Source: an uncultured Bacteroidota bacterium (lineage in GTDB: Bacteria; Bacteroidota; Bacteroidia; Chitinophagales; Chitinophagaceae). From it: a stretch of DNA of 24,000 bases. Under the pieces are notes generated by a model. That model ran no database searches. It saw only the letters and a list, made by a program, of their open reading frames with translations, and was not told the DNA's origin. The DNA lies in contig CAWERU010000003.1 in assembly GCA_963811645.1 (NCBI GenBank), positions 251,669 through 275,668 of the forward strand. Reading direction: 5' to 3'. Of this stretch, positions 9,013-17,510 are shown piece by piece (within the stretch, counting starts at the first letter, position 1; the number at the start of each line of letters is the position of its first letter). The translations under genes and the position numbers were made by a program.

Positions 9013-9045
9013 GTTACTGGTAAAAAATAAACAGCAACCAGTAAC
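9013..9045 (+). other. 8-bp inverted repeat between the regulator and kinase genes
   Basis: GTTACTGG (9013-9020) and CCAGTAAC (9038-9045) are separated by a 17-nt A-rich loop. Confidence 0.3.
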
Positions 9046-9054
9046 TTGCAACAG

Positions 9055-10104
9055 ATGCTTAATACAAAAAACGTTTCTCCCCGTAAACTTTCTGCACTTA
9101 CAGCGTTGGTACTTAGTGTACCAATAAGTTTGGGTATTTATATTCTGCATCAAAGCTGGCAGGTATTAGTTATTTCATTTGCTATAATTTTTATTGGCAG
9201 TTATTTATTAATTGCTTTTACTCTTGAGAGCTTTATTTACAGAAAGATCAAGCTTATTTACAAATTCATTTACCAGACAAAAGCAAGTAAAAAAGAAGAA
9301 GTCTACTACCAGTATCTATTACCACAAAAAAGTATTGATGAAGTGAGAGAAGATGTAGAGAAATGGGCAGAAAAACAGGCAGAAGAAATTGAAATACTAA
9401 AAAGGAATGAACAATTCCGTAAAGAGTTTTTACAAAACCTTGCCCATGAATTTAAAACCCCCGTATTTGCTATACAAGGTTATGTAGATACATTATTGCA
9501 GGGAGCATTGGAAAACCCGGAAGTAAATCGCCCCTTCCTGGAAAAAACTTCAAGGAATATTGACCGATTGGTTAATCTCATAAATGACCTGGATGAAATT
9601 TCAAAACTGGAACGTGGTGAACAGGTAATCTATAAACAAAATTTTATTATACAGGATTTGATAAAGGAAGTTTTTGAAAGCCTTTCTATAAAAGCGGAAC
9701 AAAAAAATATTCGTTGCAGCATTAAAAAAGGATGCGAGTCGCCATTAGCAGTTTTTGCCGACAAAGAAAAGATCAGGCAGGTAGTATTAAATCTTGTTGA
9801 AAATTCTATCAAATACGGAAAGTTCGGAGGGAATATTACTGCCAGCATTTATATTACAGACGAAAAACATGTACTAGTTGAAATAAGTGATGATGGAATT
9901 GGCCTGGCTGAAAAACATCTGTCAAGAATTTTCGAACGCTTTTACAGAACAGATGAAGGTCGCAGTCTTGATATAACCGGTTCGGGTCTTGGTCTTGCTA
10001 TCTGTAAACATATTATCGAGGCACACGGGCAAACCATTCATGCACGTAGCACCGAACATATAGGAACGACTATTGGTTTTACTTTGGAGAGGAAGAAGGA
10101 ATAA
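9055..10104 (+). CDS. Sensor histidine kinase, PhoR-like catalytic core with no extracytoplasmic sensor domain
   Basis: Two TM helices separated by only HQSWQ, then a coiled-coil linker. H-box LAHEFKTP, N-box LVENSIKYG, G-boxes DDGIGL and GSGLGLAI. The track start at 9046 is TTG; the first ATG is at 9055. Confidence 0.9.
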   Translation: MLNTKNVSPRKLSALTALVLSVPISLGIYILHQSWQVLVISFAIIFIGSYLLIAFTLESFIYRKIKLIYKFIYQTKASKKEEVYYQYLLPQKSIDEVREDVEKWAEKQAEEIEILKRNEQFRKEFLQNLAHEFKTPVFAIQGYVDTLLQGALENPEVNRPFLEKTSRNIDRLVNLINDLDEISKLERGEQVIYKQNFIIQDLIKEVFESLSIKAEQKNIRCSIKKGCESPLAVFADKEKIRQVVLNLVENSIKYGKFGGNITASIYITDEKHVLVEISDDGIGLAEKHLSRIFERFYRTDEGRSLDITGSGLGLAICKHIIEAHGQTIHARSTEHIGTTIGFTLERKKE

Positions 10105-10135
10105 TGTTAATTAAATAAAACAAACATCATTCTAT

Positions 10136-11458
10136 TTGTCAGCATCTTCAACAAATCAACTAAAAAGAGCACTCTCACCTATCATGCTATGGGGGCTTGG
10201 AGTGGGTTACGTTATTTCCGGCATGTATTTCGGCTGGAACCTTGGATTGAAAGAAGGAGGAACATTAGGACTGGCCATTGCAACTTTTTTTATCATCATT
10301 CTATATGTTACGTTCACTTTTAGTTATACAGAACTGGCTTGCGCTATACCCAAAGCAGGAGGAGGATTCGATTATGCTAACCGTGCATTGGGGAAAGACT
10401 GGGGATTTATTGCCGGTATGGCTCAAAACATAGAATTTATCTTTGCTCCGCCGGCTATTGCATTTGCCATTGGCGCTTATTTCAATTTATTCTTCCCGCA
10501 GATACCCATTTTATTAATTGCCATTTTTAGTTATATTGTTTTTACAGCTTTGAATATTTATGGCGTTAAAGCTGCAGCTGTGTTTGAGTTGATAATTACT
10601 ATCCTGGCTGTATGTGAATTGTTATTATTTAGCGGTATTACTCTTCCACATTTTGAATTAAAAAATTTACAGCATAATGCTTTCCCAAATGGCTGGGCCG
10701 GCGCATTTGCCGCCACTCCTTTTGCTATCTGGTTTTTCCTGGCGATTGAAGGAGTTGCCAACGTAGCCGAAGAAGCTATCAATCCTCAGCGAACCATGTT
10801 GCTTGGTTTCGGTTCGGCTATTTTGACTTTGGTTATTCTGTGTGTTCTTACTTTTATCAGTTCAGTCGGGGTAGCGGGATGGGAAGCCATTGTTTATAAA
10901 AGTAATGGTGATACTTCTGATTCTCCATTGCCTTTGGCATTAAGTCATATCGTGGGTAATAATAATACCATGTACCATTTGCTTATAACTATAGGGCTGT
11001 TTGGGTTGATCGCATCTTTTCACGGAATCATTCTGGCTGCAGGAAGAGCAAGCTTTGAATTTGGAAGAGTAGGTTTTGCCCCTGCGCTTTTAAAAAATAT
11101 TCATCCAAAATTTCAAACACCGTCAAATGCATTATTGGTCAATATGGCAATCGGCATTATCGCTTTACTGACAGGCAAAACGGCTGAGATCATTACTATT
11201 TCTGTATTTGGCGCATTGACACTATATGTTATATCCATGATAGCTTTGTTACGGCTTAGAAAAAAAGAACCGAAATTGGAACGGCCCTTTAAAGTACCTA
11301 TGTATCCAATATTTCCGGTGGTCGCATTGATGATCGGTATTTTTTCATTTGTGGTGATGACAATCTATAACTTTAAGCTGGCATTGATATATTTTCTAAT
11401 CATAGGCATTTGTTATGGAGCATTCAAGTTGTTTGCAGTAAAGAATTTAAATAATTAG
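10136..11458 (+). CDS. APC-superfamily permease, ethanolamine permease (Eat/EutP)-like
   Basis: About 12 TM helices. Motifs LKRALSPIMLWGLGVGYVISGMYFGWNLG and AGGGFDYANRALG...IEFIFAPPAIAFAIGAY match what I recall of the Eat family. The start is TTG; the first ATG (10184) would remove the conserved N-terminus. Confidence 0.75.
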   Translation: MSASSTNQLKRALSPIMLWGLGVGYVISGMYFGWNLGLKEGGTLGLAIATFFIIILYVTFTFSYTELACAIPKAGGGFDYANRALGKDWGFIAGMAQNIEFIFAPPAIAFAIGAYFNLFFPQIPILLIAIFSYIVFTALNIYGVKAAAVFELIITILAVCELLLFSGITLPHFELKNLQHNAFPNGWAGAFAATPFAIWFFLAIEGVANVAEEAINPQRTMLLGFGSAILTLVILCVLTFISSVGVAGWEAIVYKSNGDTSDSPLPLALSHIVGNNNTMYHLLITIGLFGLIASFHGIILAAGRASFEFGRVGFAPALLKNIHPKFQTPSNALLVNMAIGIIALLTGKTAEIITISVFGALTLYVISMIALLRLRKKEPKLERPFKVPMYPIFPVVALMIGIFSFVVMTIYNFKLALIYFLIIGICYGAFKLFAVKNLNN

Positions 11459-11480
11459 TATTTTTTATCCAATATAAAAT

Positions 11481-12839
11481 ATGACTACAAAAGAAATTAT
11501 TCAGTATGTAAAAGATCACCCTTCGGGAAAAGTAAAAATTGCTTTCAGTGATATTGATGGAATATTAAGAGGTAAATATATTTCTGCTGAAAAATTTCTT
11601 TCTGTCATAGAAAATGGTTTAGGATTTTGTGATGTAATTTTTGGATGGGATGCAGGTGATGTGTTGTACGATGATATAAAATATACCGGGTGGCATACCG
11701 GTTATCCTGATTGCCCCGCAGTTTTAGACATCAATACATTCAGAAAAATTCCCTGGGAAAATGATGTGCCTTTTTTTCTTGGCGAATTAAAGGATGATAA
11801 AGGAAATCCTTCTGTGGTTTGCCCGAGACAATTGCTGAAAAAAATAATAGCCCAGGCTGGCGAGCAGGGCTTTTCCCCCTTCTTCTCGCAGGAATTTGAA
11901 TGGTACAATTTTGCAGAAACGCCGCAAACGGCTAATGAAAAGCAATTCAAAAATCTCACTCCGCTTGCTCCGGGCATGTTTGGCTATTCCATTCTTCGCA
12001 GCTCTTTAGAAAACTTTTACTTCACCGATTTATTTGAAAGTCTGAAAAAGTTTGATGTACCGTTGGAAGGATTACATACTGAAACAGGGCCGGGTACCTA
12101 TGAAGCAGCGATCGTTTATGCCGATATCTTAGAAGCTGCAGACCGTGCCATTCTTTTTAAAACCGCAGTAAAAGAAATTGCATATAAGCACGGCATCATG
12201 GCCACCTTTATGGCGAAGATCAATGAAAATCTTCCCGGTTGCGGTGGGCATGTTCATCAAAGTTTATGGGACAAAGCAGGAAAGAAAAATCTTTTCTATA
12301 ATGAAAAAGATAAAATGAAGATGAGTGAAGTAATGAAAAGTTATGTGGCTGGACAATTATATTGTTTACCATATATTCTTCCCATGTTTGCCCCTACTAT
12401 CAATAGTTATAAAAGACTCGTAGAAGGAGCCTGGGCGCCTACTACACTTACATGGGCAACAGATAACAGAACAGTTGCACTCAGAATATTATCCGGCAGC
12501 AGCAAATCATGCCGTCTTGAAACAAGAGTGATCGGATCAGATGTAAATCCATATTTAGCCATGGCAGGTTGCTTGGCTGCAGGTTTATATGGCATAAAAA
12601 ACAAATTGAAATTAAAACAACCCGCTACTGTTGGAAACGGTTACAAAGACTATTCAATTGGCGTTCTGCCTTCTACATTAATAGAAGCGGCTCACCTAAT
12701 GAAAACTTCCAAAGTTGCCAAAGAACTTTTCGGAGAAAAATTTGTTGAACACTTTACTCTTACAAGAGAATGGGAATGGAAGCAACATTTGAAAGCAGTA
12801 ACAGACTGGGAATACAAACGATATTTTGAAATTATTTGA
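11481..12839 (+). CDS. Glutamine-synthetase-like gamma-glutamyl-amine ligase (PuuA/GlnA4/IpuC-like)
   Basis: 452 aa with a GS beta-grasp N-domain and a catalytic domain carrying ...LHTETGPGTYE..., ...GCGGHVHQSLW..., ...INSYKRL... and ...NRTVALR...ETRVIGSDVNPYLA. Confidence 0.85.
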   Translation: MTTKEIIQYVKDHPSGKVKIAFSDIDGILRGKYISAEKFLSVIENGLGFCDVIFGWDAGDVLYDDIKYTGWHTGYPDCPAVLDINTFRKIPWENDVPFFLGELKDDKGNPSVVCPRQLLKKIIAQAGEQGFSPFFSQEFEWYNFAETPQTANEKQFKNLTPLAPGMFGYSILRSSLENFYFTDLFESLKKFDVPLEGLHTETGPGTYEAAIVYADILEAADRAILFKTAVKEIAYKHGIMATFMAKINENLPGCGGHVHQSLWDKAGKKNLFYNEKDKMKMSEVMKSYVAGQLYCLPYILPMFAPTINSYKRLVEGAWAPTTLTWATDNRTVALRILSGSSKSCRLETRVIGSDVNPYLAMAGCLAAGLYGIKNKLKLKQPATVGNGYKDYSIGVLPSTLIEAAHLMKTSKVAKELFGEKFVEHFTLTREWEWKQHLKAVTDWEYKRYFEII

Positions 12840-12988
12840 AGGCCAAAAACAAAAATCAAAAACCAATCTCCAAATAAATCATAAACAATAAAATAAAAAA
12901 ATTAAGCCGTTTGTTTTCATAACTTGAATTTAGAATTTGGGGTTATTTATTTGGTTCTTGCTATTTGCAATTTGAATTTTAATCACCT

Positions 12989-14137
12989 ATGACCTTCGAT
13001 AAGATCTATCAATATAACTTTCCGACAACAATTCGTTTTGGTGCAGGTTCAAGCAAAGAGCTGGGTGATTATTTATTAAAAAATAATTTATCAAATCCAT
13101 TAATAGTTACTGATAACACAATTGCTCAATTAAGTTTTTTTAAAGAGATCATCAATAATCTGAAAAAGAAAAATATTTCTGCAGAAATATTTTCAAACAT
13201 TCATAAAAACCCGGTAAAATCGGATGTATACAAAGGCACAGATGTTTATGATAATACTCAAAGAGATTCTGTTATAGGCATTGGCGGCGGTGCCGCACTG
13301 GATGTGGCCAGGGCGATCGTATTAAGAGTAAATCACCGGGAGGATCTTTTTAAATATGATGACCTCATTGGTGGAGATATATATGTAACGAACGATGTTC
13401 CGCATTTTATTACAATTCCTACAACCGCAGGCACAGGAAGCGAAGTCGGTCGCAGTGCAATTATTGCCGATGATGAAACTCATCAAAAGAAAATTCTTTT
13501 TTCTCCCAAACTATTGGCAAAAATCGTTTTTGCCGATCCCTCATTAACCATGGAACTTCCTCCGTTTATTACAGCTGCTACCGGTATGGATGCTTTGACA
13601 CATAATATGGAAGCTTATTTGGCAAAAATGCCACATCCTTTATGTGAAGGAATTGCACTGGAAGGAATTTCATTGATCAGTCAATCACTGGAGAAAGCGG
13701 TTAACGATCCGGATATAGAATCAAGGAGCAAAATGCTGATCGCTTCATTAATGGGCGCAGTGGCTTTCCAAAAAGGCCTGGGAGTGGTGCATTCACTGGC
13801 ACATCCTTTATCATCCCTGCTCGATACACATCATGGCCTGGCCAATGCAGTAAATATTCCTTATGGAATGGAATTCAATATTGAAGGATTTGAAAATAAA
13901 TTCAAACACATTGCCCGAACACTGGAGCTGAAAGAAGAAACAGGTGAAACCGTTGTAAACTATTTATTTGATTTGAATTCAAAGATCAATATCCCGCATA
14001 AATTAAGAGACATTGCAGTAAAACCTGAACACATTGAGACTCTTGCTGATCTTGCCATTGCTGATTTTGCTCATCCAAATAATCCAAAACCGGTAACCCG
14101 TGAAGATTTCAGAAATTTGTACAGCAAAGCACTTTAA
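12989..14137 (+). CDS. Iron-containing (group III) alcohol dehydrogenase
   Basis: GIGGGAALDVARA NAD-binding motif, TIPTTAGTGSEV, and metal-ligand histidines in DALTHNMEAY, VVHSLAHP and HHGLANA. Confidence 0.9.
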   Translation: MTFDKIYQYNFPTTIRFGAGSSKELGDYLLKNNLSNPLIVTDNTIAQLSFFKEIINNLKKKNISAEIFSNIHKNPVKSDVYKGTDVYDNTQRDSVIGIGGGAALDVARAIVLRVNHREDLFKYDDLIGGDIYVTNDVPHFITIPTTAGTGSEVGRSAIIADDETHQKKILFSPKLLAKIVFADPSLTMELPPFITAATGMDALTHNMEAYLAKMPHPLCEGIALEGISLISQSLEKAVNDPDIESRSKMLIASLMGAVAFQKGLGVVHSLAHPLSSLLDTHHGLANAVNIPYGMEFNIEGFENKFKHIARTLELKEETGETVVNYLFDLNSKINIPHKLRDIAVKPEHIETLADLAIADFAHPNNPKPVTREDFRNLYSKAL

Positions 14138-14140
14138 CCT

Positions 14141-16222
14141 ATGCAGAAAAAAATCGGTATCAGCTTTACTAAATCATCTTTTCAGAATTACTGGAATTGG
14201 TTTACATCAGAAGACTTGCTTGACGACTTAGAATTGATCGAACTAAATTTTGAAAAAAACAACACCGAAGATATCTATAAATGTGATGGCTTTATTCTCA
14301 CAGGTGGTGAGGATACTCACCCTTCTTTTTACAATGGAAAAACAATTTATAATAACAACCCTTCTTCATTCCAGATTGAACGTGATTTTTTTGAAGAAAA
14401 AATTTACCGTTATTCCCAATTAAACAATTTGCCTGTTCTTGGAATTTGCCGGGGTATGCAACTGGTAAATGTATTACAAGGAGGTAAACTGATACAGGAT
14501 CTTGACAGTGGTAACGAAAGACACAAAAAAGAAGAATCGGATAAGGAACATACAATTGTTGCTGAGAACAATAGCATGCTTTATAAAATAACAGGTTCTC
14601 TTTCAGGTCATGTAAACAGTGCCCATCACCAGGCAATTGATCCTGGTGCAATTGGCGATAATTTGATTGTGAACGCTTATGATGACGATGATGAAAAGAT
14701 CATTGAAGGACTTGAATTCAGGAACAAAACCGGTAAAGCTTTCATGCTTTGCGTGCAATGGCACCCCGAAAGAATGAAAGACAAAGAAGAAAATCCATTT
14801 TCTCAAAACCTGAAAAAACAATTCCTCGAAGCAATCAGGGCAACATCTATGAAAAAACTTTCCGTCACTAACCCGGCTACGGAAGAAATAATTGCAGAGT
14901 TGAATGAAGACACAAAAGAAACTCTGCAAAAAAAAATTGAATCTCTGAAGGCTTCACAAATAAGTTGGCAGAAACAAGTACTTAAAGAAAGAGTGGATAT
15001 AATTAAAAAATTTTCTGATCTCTTAGAAAAAAACATCGAACAACTTACCTTGGTTTTAACTTCGGAAGTCGGGAAGCCTTTACAGCAATCCCGCAATGAA
15101 ATAAATGGTGCAAGGGCAAGAATAAAATGGCTTTCTGAAAATTCCGAGAAATATTTGTCAGATGAGATCATGAGTCATTCAAATGGAATGGAAGAAAAAA
15201 TTTCTTATGAACCGCTTGGAATTGTTTGCAATATATCTGCATGGAACTATCCTTACCTGGTTGGTGTAAATGTTTTTGTTCCGGCTTTGCTCGCCGGAAA
15301 TGCTGTGATGTATAAGCCTTCAGAACATTCAACATTAACGGCTTTGCAAATAGAAAAACTGTTGAAGCAAGCCGGTGTGCCGGAAAATATTTTCCATGTG
15401 GCCATAGGAGCAAAAGAAACAGGTGAGTTGTTATTAGAAATTCCGTTTGATGGATACTTCTTCACCGGTTCTTATAAAACAGGAAAATACATCTATCAAA
15501 AAGTAGCGCCAAAAATGATTCCTTGCCAATGCGAATTAGGCGGTAAGGATCCTTTATACGTAGCCGATGATGTAAAAGATATTAAAGCTGTTGCAGCCGG
15601 TACTGCTGACGGAGCTTTTTATAATAACGGGCAAAGCTGCTGTTCAGTAGAAAGGATCTACGTTCATGAAAAAACTTATGATCAGTACATTGACGAATTT
15701 ATAAAGGAAGTAAAGTCATGGAAGATCGGGTCACCAACAGAAGAAGGAATGTATATCGGTCCGTTGAGCAGAAAAGAACAAGTAACGGTTCTGGAAAAAC
15801 AAGTTGAAGATGCAATCAGTAAAGGAGCAATGATTTTAACAGGCGGAAAAAAAGTAAATGGTACCGGATATTTTTTTGAACCAACTGTTCTTGTAAATGT
15901 AAATCACACTATGAGTGTAATGACCGATGAATCGTTTGGGCCGATCATCGGTATTATGAAAGTGAAAGATGACAATGAAGCGATAGAACTGATGAAGGAT
16001 ACGGAATATGGTTTGACGGCTTCTGTTTATAGTTCAGATAGAGAAAGAGCAGAAAACATTTTACAACAAATAAATACCGGAACGGGTTACTGGAATTGCT
16101 GCGACAGGGTAAGTGCGGCCCTGCCATGGAGTGGAAGAAAACATTCGGGATTCGGTGTTACACTTTCTTCTGCAGGTTTACGAGCATTTGTGAAACCAAA
16201 AGGATACCATTTGAGAGGATGA
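14141..16222 (+). CDS. Bifunctional fusion: N-terminal peptidase-C26/PuuD-type gamma-glutamyl hydrolase plus C-terminal NAD(P) aldehyde dehydrogenase
   Basis: Residues 1-~235 carry GICRGMQ (nucleophile Cys) and CVQWHPE (His/Glu). From Met237 (ATG 14849), MKKLSVTNPATEEII begins a full ALDH with ELGGKDP (15533-15553) and GQSCCSVER (15629-15655). One uninterrupted frame, starting 3 nt after the ADH stop. Confidence 0.9.
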   Translation: MQKKIGISFTKSSFQNYWNWFTSEDLLDDLELIELNFEKNNTEDIYKCDGFILTGGEDTHPSFYNGKTIYNNNPSSFQIERDFFEEKIYRYSQLNNLPVLGICRGMQLVNVLQGGKLIQDLDSGNERHKKEESDKEHTIVAENNSMLYKITGSLSGHVNSAHHQAIDPGAIGDNLIVNAYDDDDEKIIEGLEFRNKTGKAFMLCVQWHPERMKDKEENPFSQNLKKQFLEAIRATSMKKLSVTNPATEEIIAELNEDTKETLQKKIESLKASQISWQKQVLKERVDIIKKFSDLLEKNIEQLTLVLTSEVGKPLQQSRNEINGARARIKWLSENSEKYLSDEIMSHSNGMEEKISYEPLGIVCNISAWNYPYLVGVNVFVPALLAGNAVMYKPSEHSTLTALQIEKLLKQAGVPENIFHVAIGAKETGELLLEIPFDGYFFTGSYKTGKYIYQKVAPKMIPCQCELGGKDPLYVADDVKDIKAVAAGTADGAFYNNGQSCCSVERIYVHEKTYDQYIDEFIKEVKSWKIGSPTEEGMYIGPLSRKEQVTVLEKQVEDAISKGAMILTGGKKVNGTGYFFEPTVLVNVNHTMSVMTDESFGPIIGIMKVKDDNEAIELMKDTEYGLTASVYSSDRERAENILQQINTGTGYWNCCDRVSAALPWSGRKHSGFGVTLSSAGLRAFVKPKGYHLRG

Positions 16223-16224
16223 TT

Positions 16225-17328
16225 TTACTTTTTTTCTTGCTCATAGTCCAGTATCTTTTGACCATTCTCATTGTAAATTTTTTTTAATGTTGTATCGGGT
16301 AATGAAAGCCCATACAAGGGCCAATGATAATTGAACATGTCCTGCTCATAAAAATGTTCATCAGCAGTTTCAAGAATTCGAAACGTGACAAGGTACATTT
16401 TTTTTGATGTGCCCATATCTGTACCATATACGATCCTGTTCGAATATTTTTCCATGAAATCATGAACATACCGGGGAATAGGGGCGATCTCACCATACCG
16501 TGCAGCGATATCAGCATACAGGTTAGGGTATTTATCAAACAATCTTCCCAGCCTGCTGAGATCTGAACAACAGTTTGCAAGATGACAGGCAATGAAAATT
16601 GTCTTAGGATTATTTTTTACCGCATTTTCCAATGTTATGATCAGTTGGTCGTGATCAAGGATTCCATTTTTGCTCATATCTACCTTCCACGTGGCCGCAT
16701 TCATTAATCCATCATTTGTAGAATCTGCATCTTGATACATCCATGCATCCTCAGCAACATGTATGCTTACCGGCATATGCAGTTCTGCGCATTTTTCAAG
16801 CAAGGGTTTCATTTGCGGATCATCAATATGCATGCCCCATCCCGTCGTTGGTTTGGAATAAAATTCTCCTAATCCTTTATCACCCAGCTCTCCCACCCCT
16901 CTTGCCCCTTTTTTGTAACATCTTTCCAGTTCTGCAATTGCATGCTGTTGCCAGCCATTTTTATCATACCCTGTATAATCAAAACCACACCAGATCTCAA
17001 ACCGGCCTTTATAACGTTCATATTTTTCAACAACAGAATCAAACTTTGTACCTGTGGAGTAGGAAAGGATAATTATTTTTGCAATCCCCAGTTCATCCAT
17101 TGTTTTAACCCATTCATCCACTTCCCGATCTGATTTTGGATAATCATGAGAATGAAAATCAATCACCGGATATTTTGCCTTTTCAATTCTTGTAACAGGT
17201 ATTTTATAAATAGAAACAGGATGAAAGTCTTTTAATCTCAGATCATTTACATTCTGGCAAACTGCCGTTACAGCAAAAGTTTGCAAAACAAAAAGTAAAA
17301 GCGGGTAAGAAGTATATATTTGTTTCAT
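16225..17328 (-). CDS. Secreted metal-dependent amidohydrolase (TIM-barrel, amidohydrolase_2-like)
   Basis: Signal peptide (…FAVTAVCQ), an HxH motif (VIDFHSHD) and later His/Asp motifs (VSIHVAED, ACHLAN, YGTDMG). Confidence 0.75.
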   Translation of the reverse strand: MKQIYTSYPLLLFVLQTFAVTAVCQNVNDLRLKDFHPVSIYKIPVTRIEKAKYPVIDFHSHDYPKSDREVDEWVKTMDELGIAKIIILSYSTGTKFDSVVEKYERYKGRFEIWCGFDYTGYDKNGWQQHAIAELERCYKKGARGVGELGDKGLGEFYSKPTTGWGMHIDDPQMKPLLEKCAELHMPVSIHVAEDAWMYQDADSTNDGLMNAATWKVDMSKNGILDHDQLIITLENAVKNNPKTIFIACHLANCCSDLSRLGRLFDKYPNLYADIAARYGEIAPIPRYVHDFMEKYSNRIVYGTDMGTSKKMYLVTFRILETADEHFYEQDMFNYHWPLYGLSLPDTTLKKIYNENGQKILDYEQEKK

Positions 17329-17360
17329 AAAAAATTACTAATTGTCTTTTCGGCATTGCA

Positions 17361-17368
17361 CAAATTTA
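17361..17368 (-). promoter_or_regulatory. Candidate -7 box TAaaTTTG for the amidohydrolase gene
   Basis: Minus strand TAAATTTG lies 32 nt upstream of the ATG at 17328. Confidence 0.3.
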
Positions 17369-17510
17369 ATTCTGCAATTTGGTTTGCGAACCTGGTCTCA
17401 CAAGAAAAACCTTAACAAAGGCGGCTTAATATACAAACAATAGATAATCTATCTTCAAATGTCGTCTACTGTCTTCCCTTTTTAAAAAACAATTATTATA
17501 TTAACAGGTA

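Noticed and set aside
14928-14936. A9 homopolymer (CTG CAA AAA AAA ATT) just after the fusion junction, a possible slippage site that would uncouple the two domains
   Set aside because: A7-A9 runs are common in this AT-rich window, for example at 2321, 12891 and 15041. The frame is intact and nothing else suggests programmed slippage.
14298-15465. Chain of five minus-strand ORFs (70-122 aa)
   Set aside because: All are antisense to the motif-rich hydrolase::ALDH frame, and their translations are low-complexity.
16284-17133. ORFs 16284-16592 (-), 16743-17072 (+) and 16942-17133 (+)
   Set aside because: They are alternate-frame or antisense ORFs inside the amidohydrolase gene, which has the convincing HxH and metal-ligand motifs.
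17440-17452. 13-nt palindrome ATAGATaATCTAT about 60 nt upstream of the T9SS-cargo gene
   Set aside because: It is short and AT-only, so it is expected by chance in AT-rich intergenic DNA. I saw no second copy in the window.
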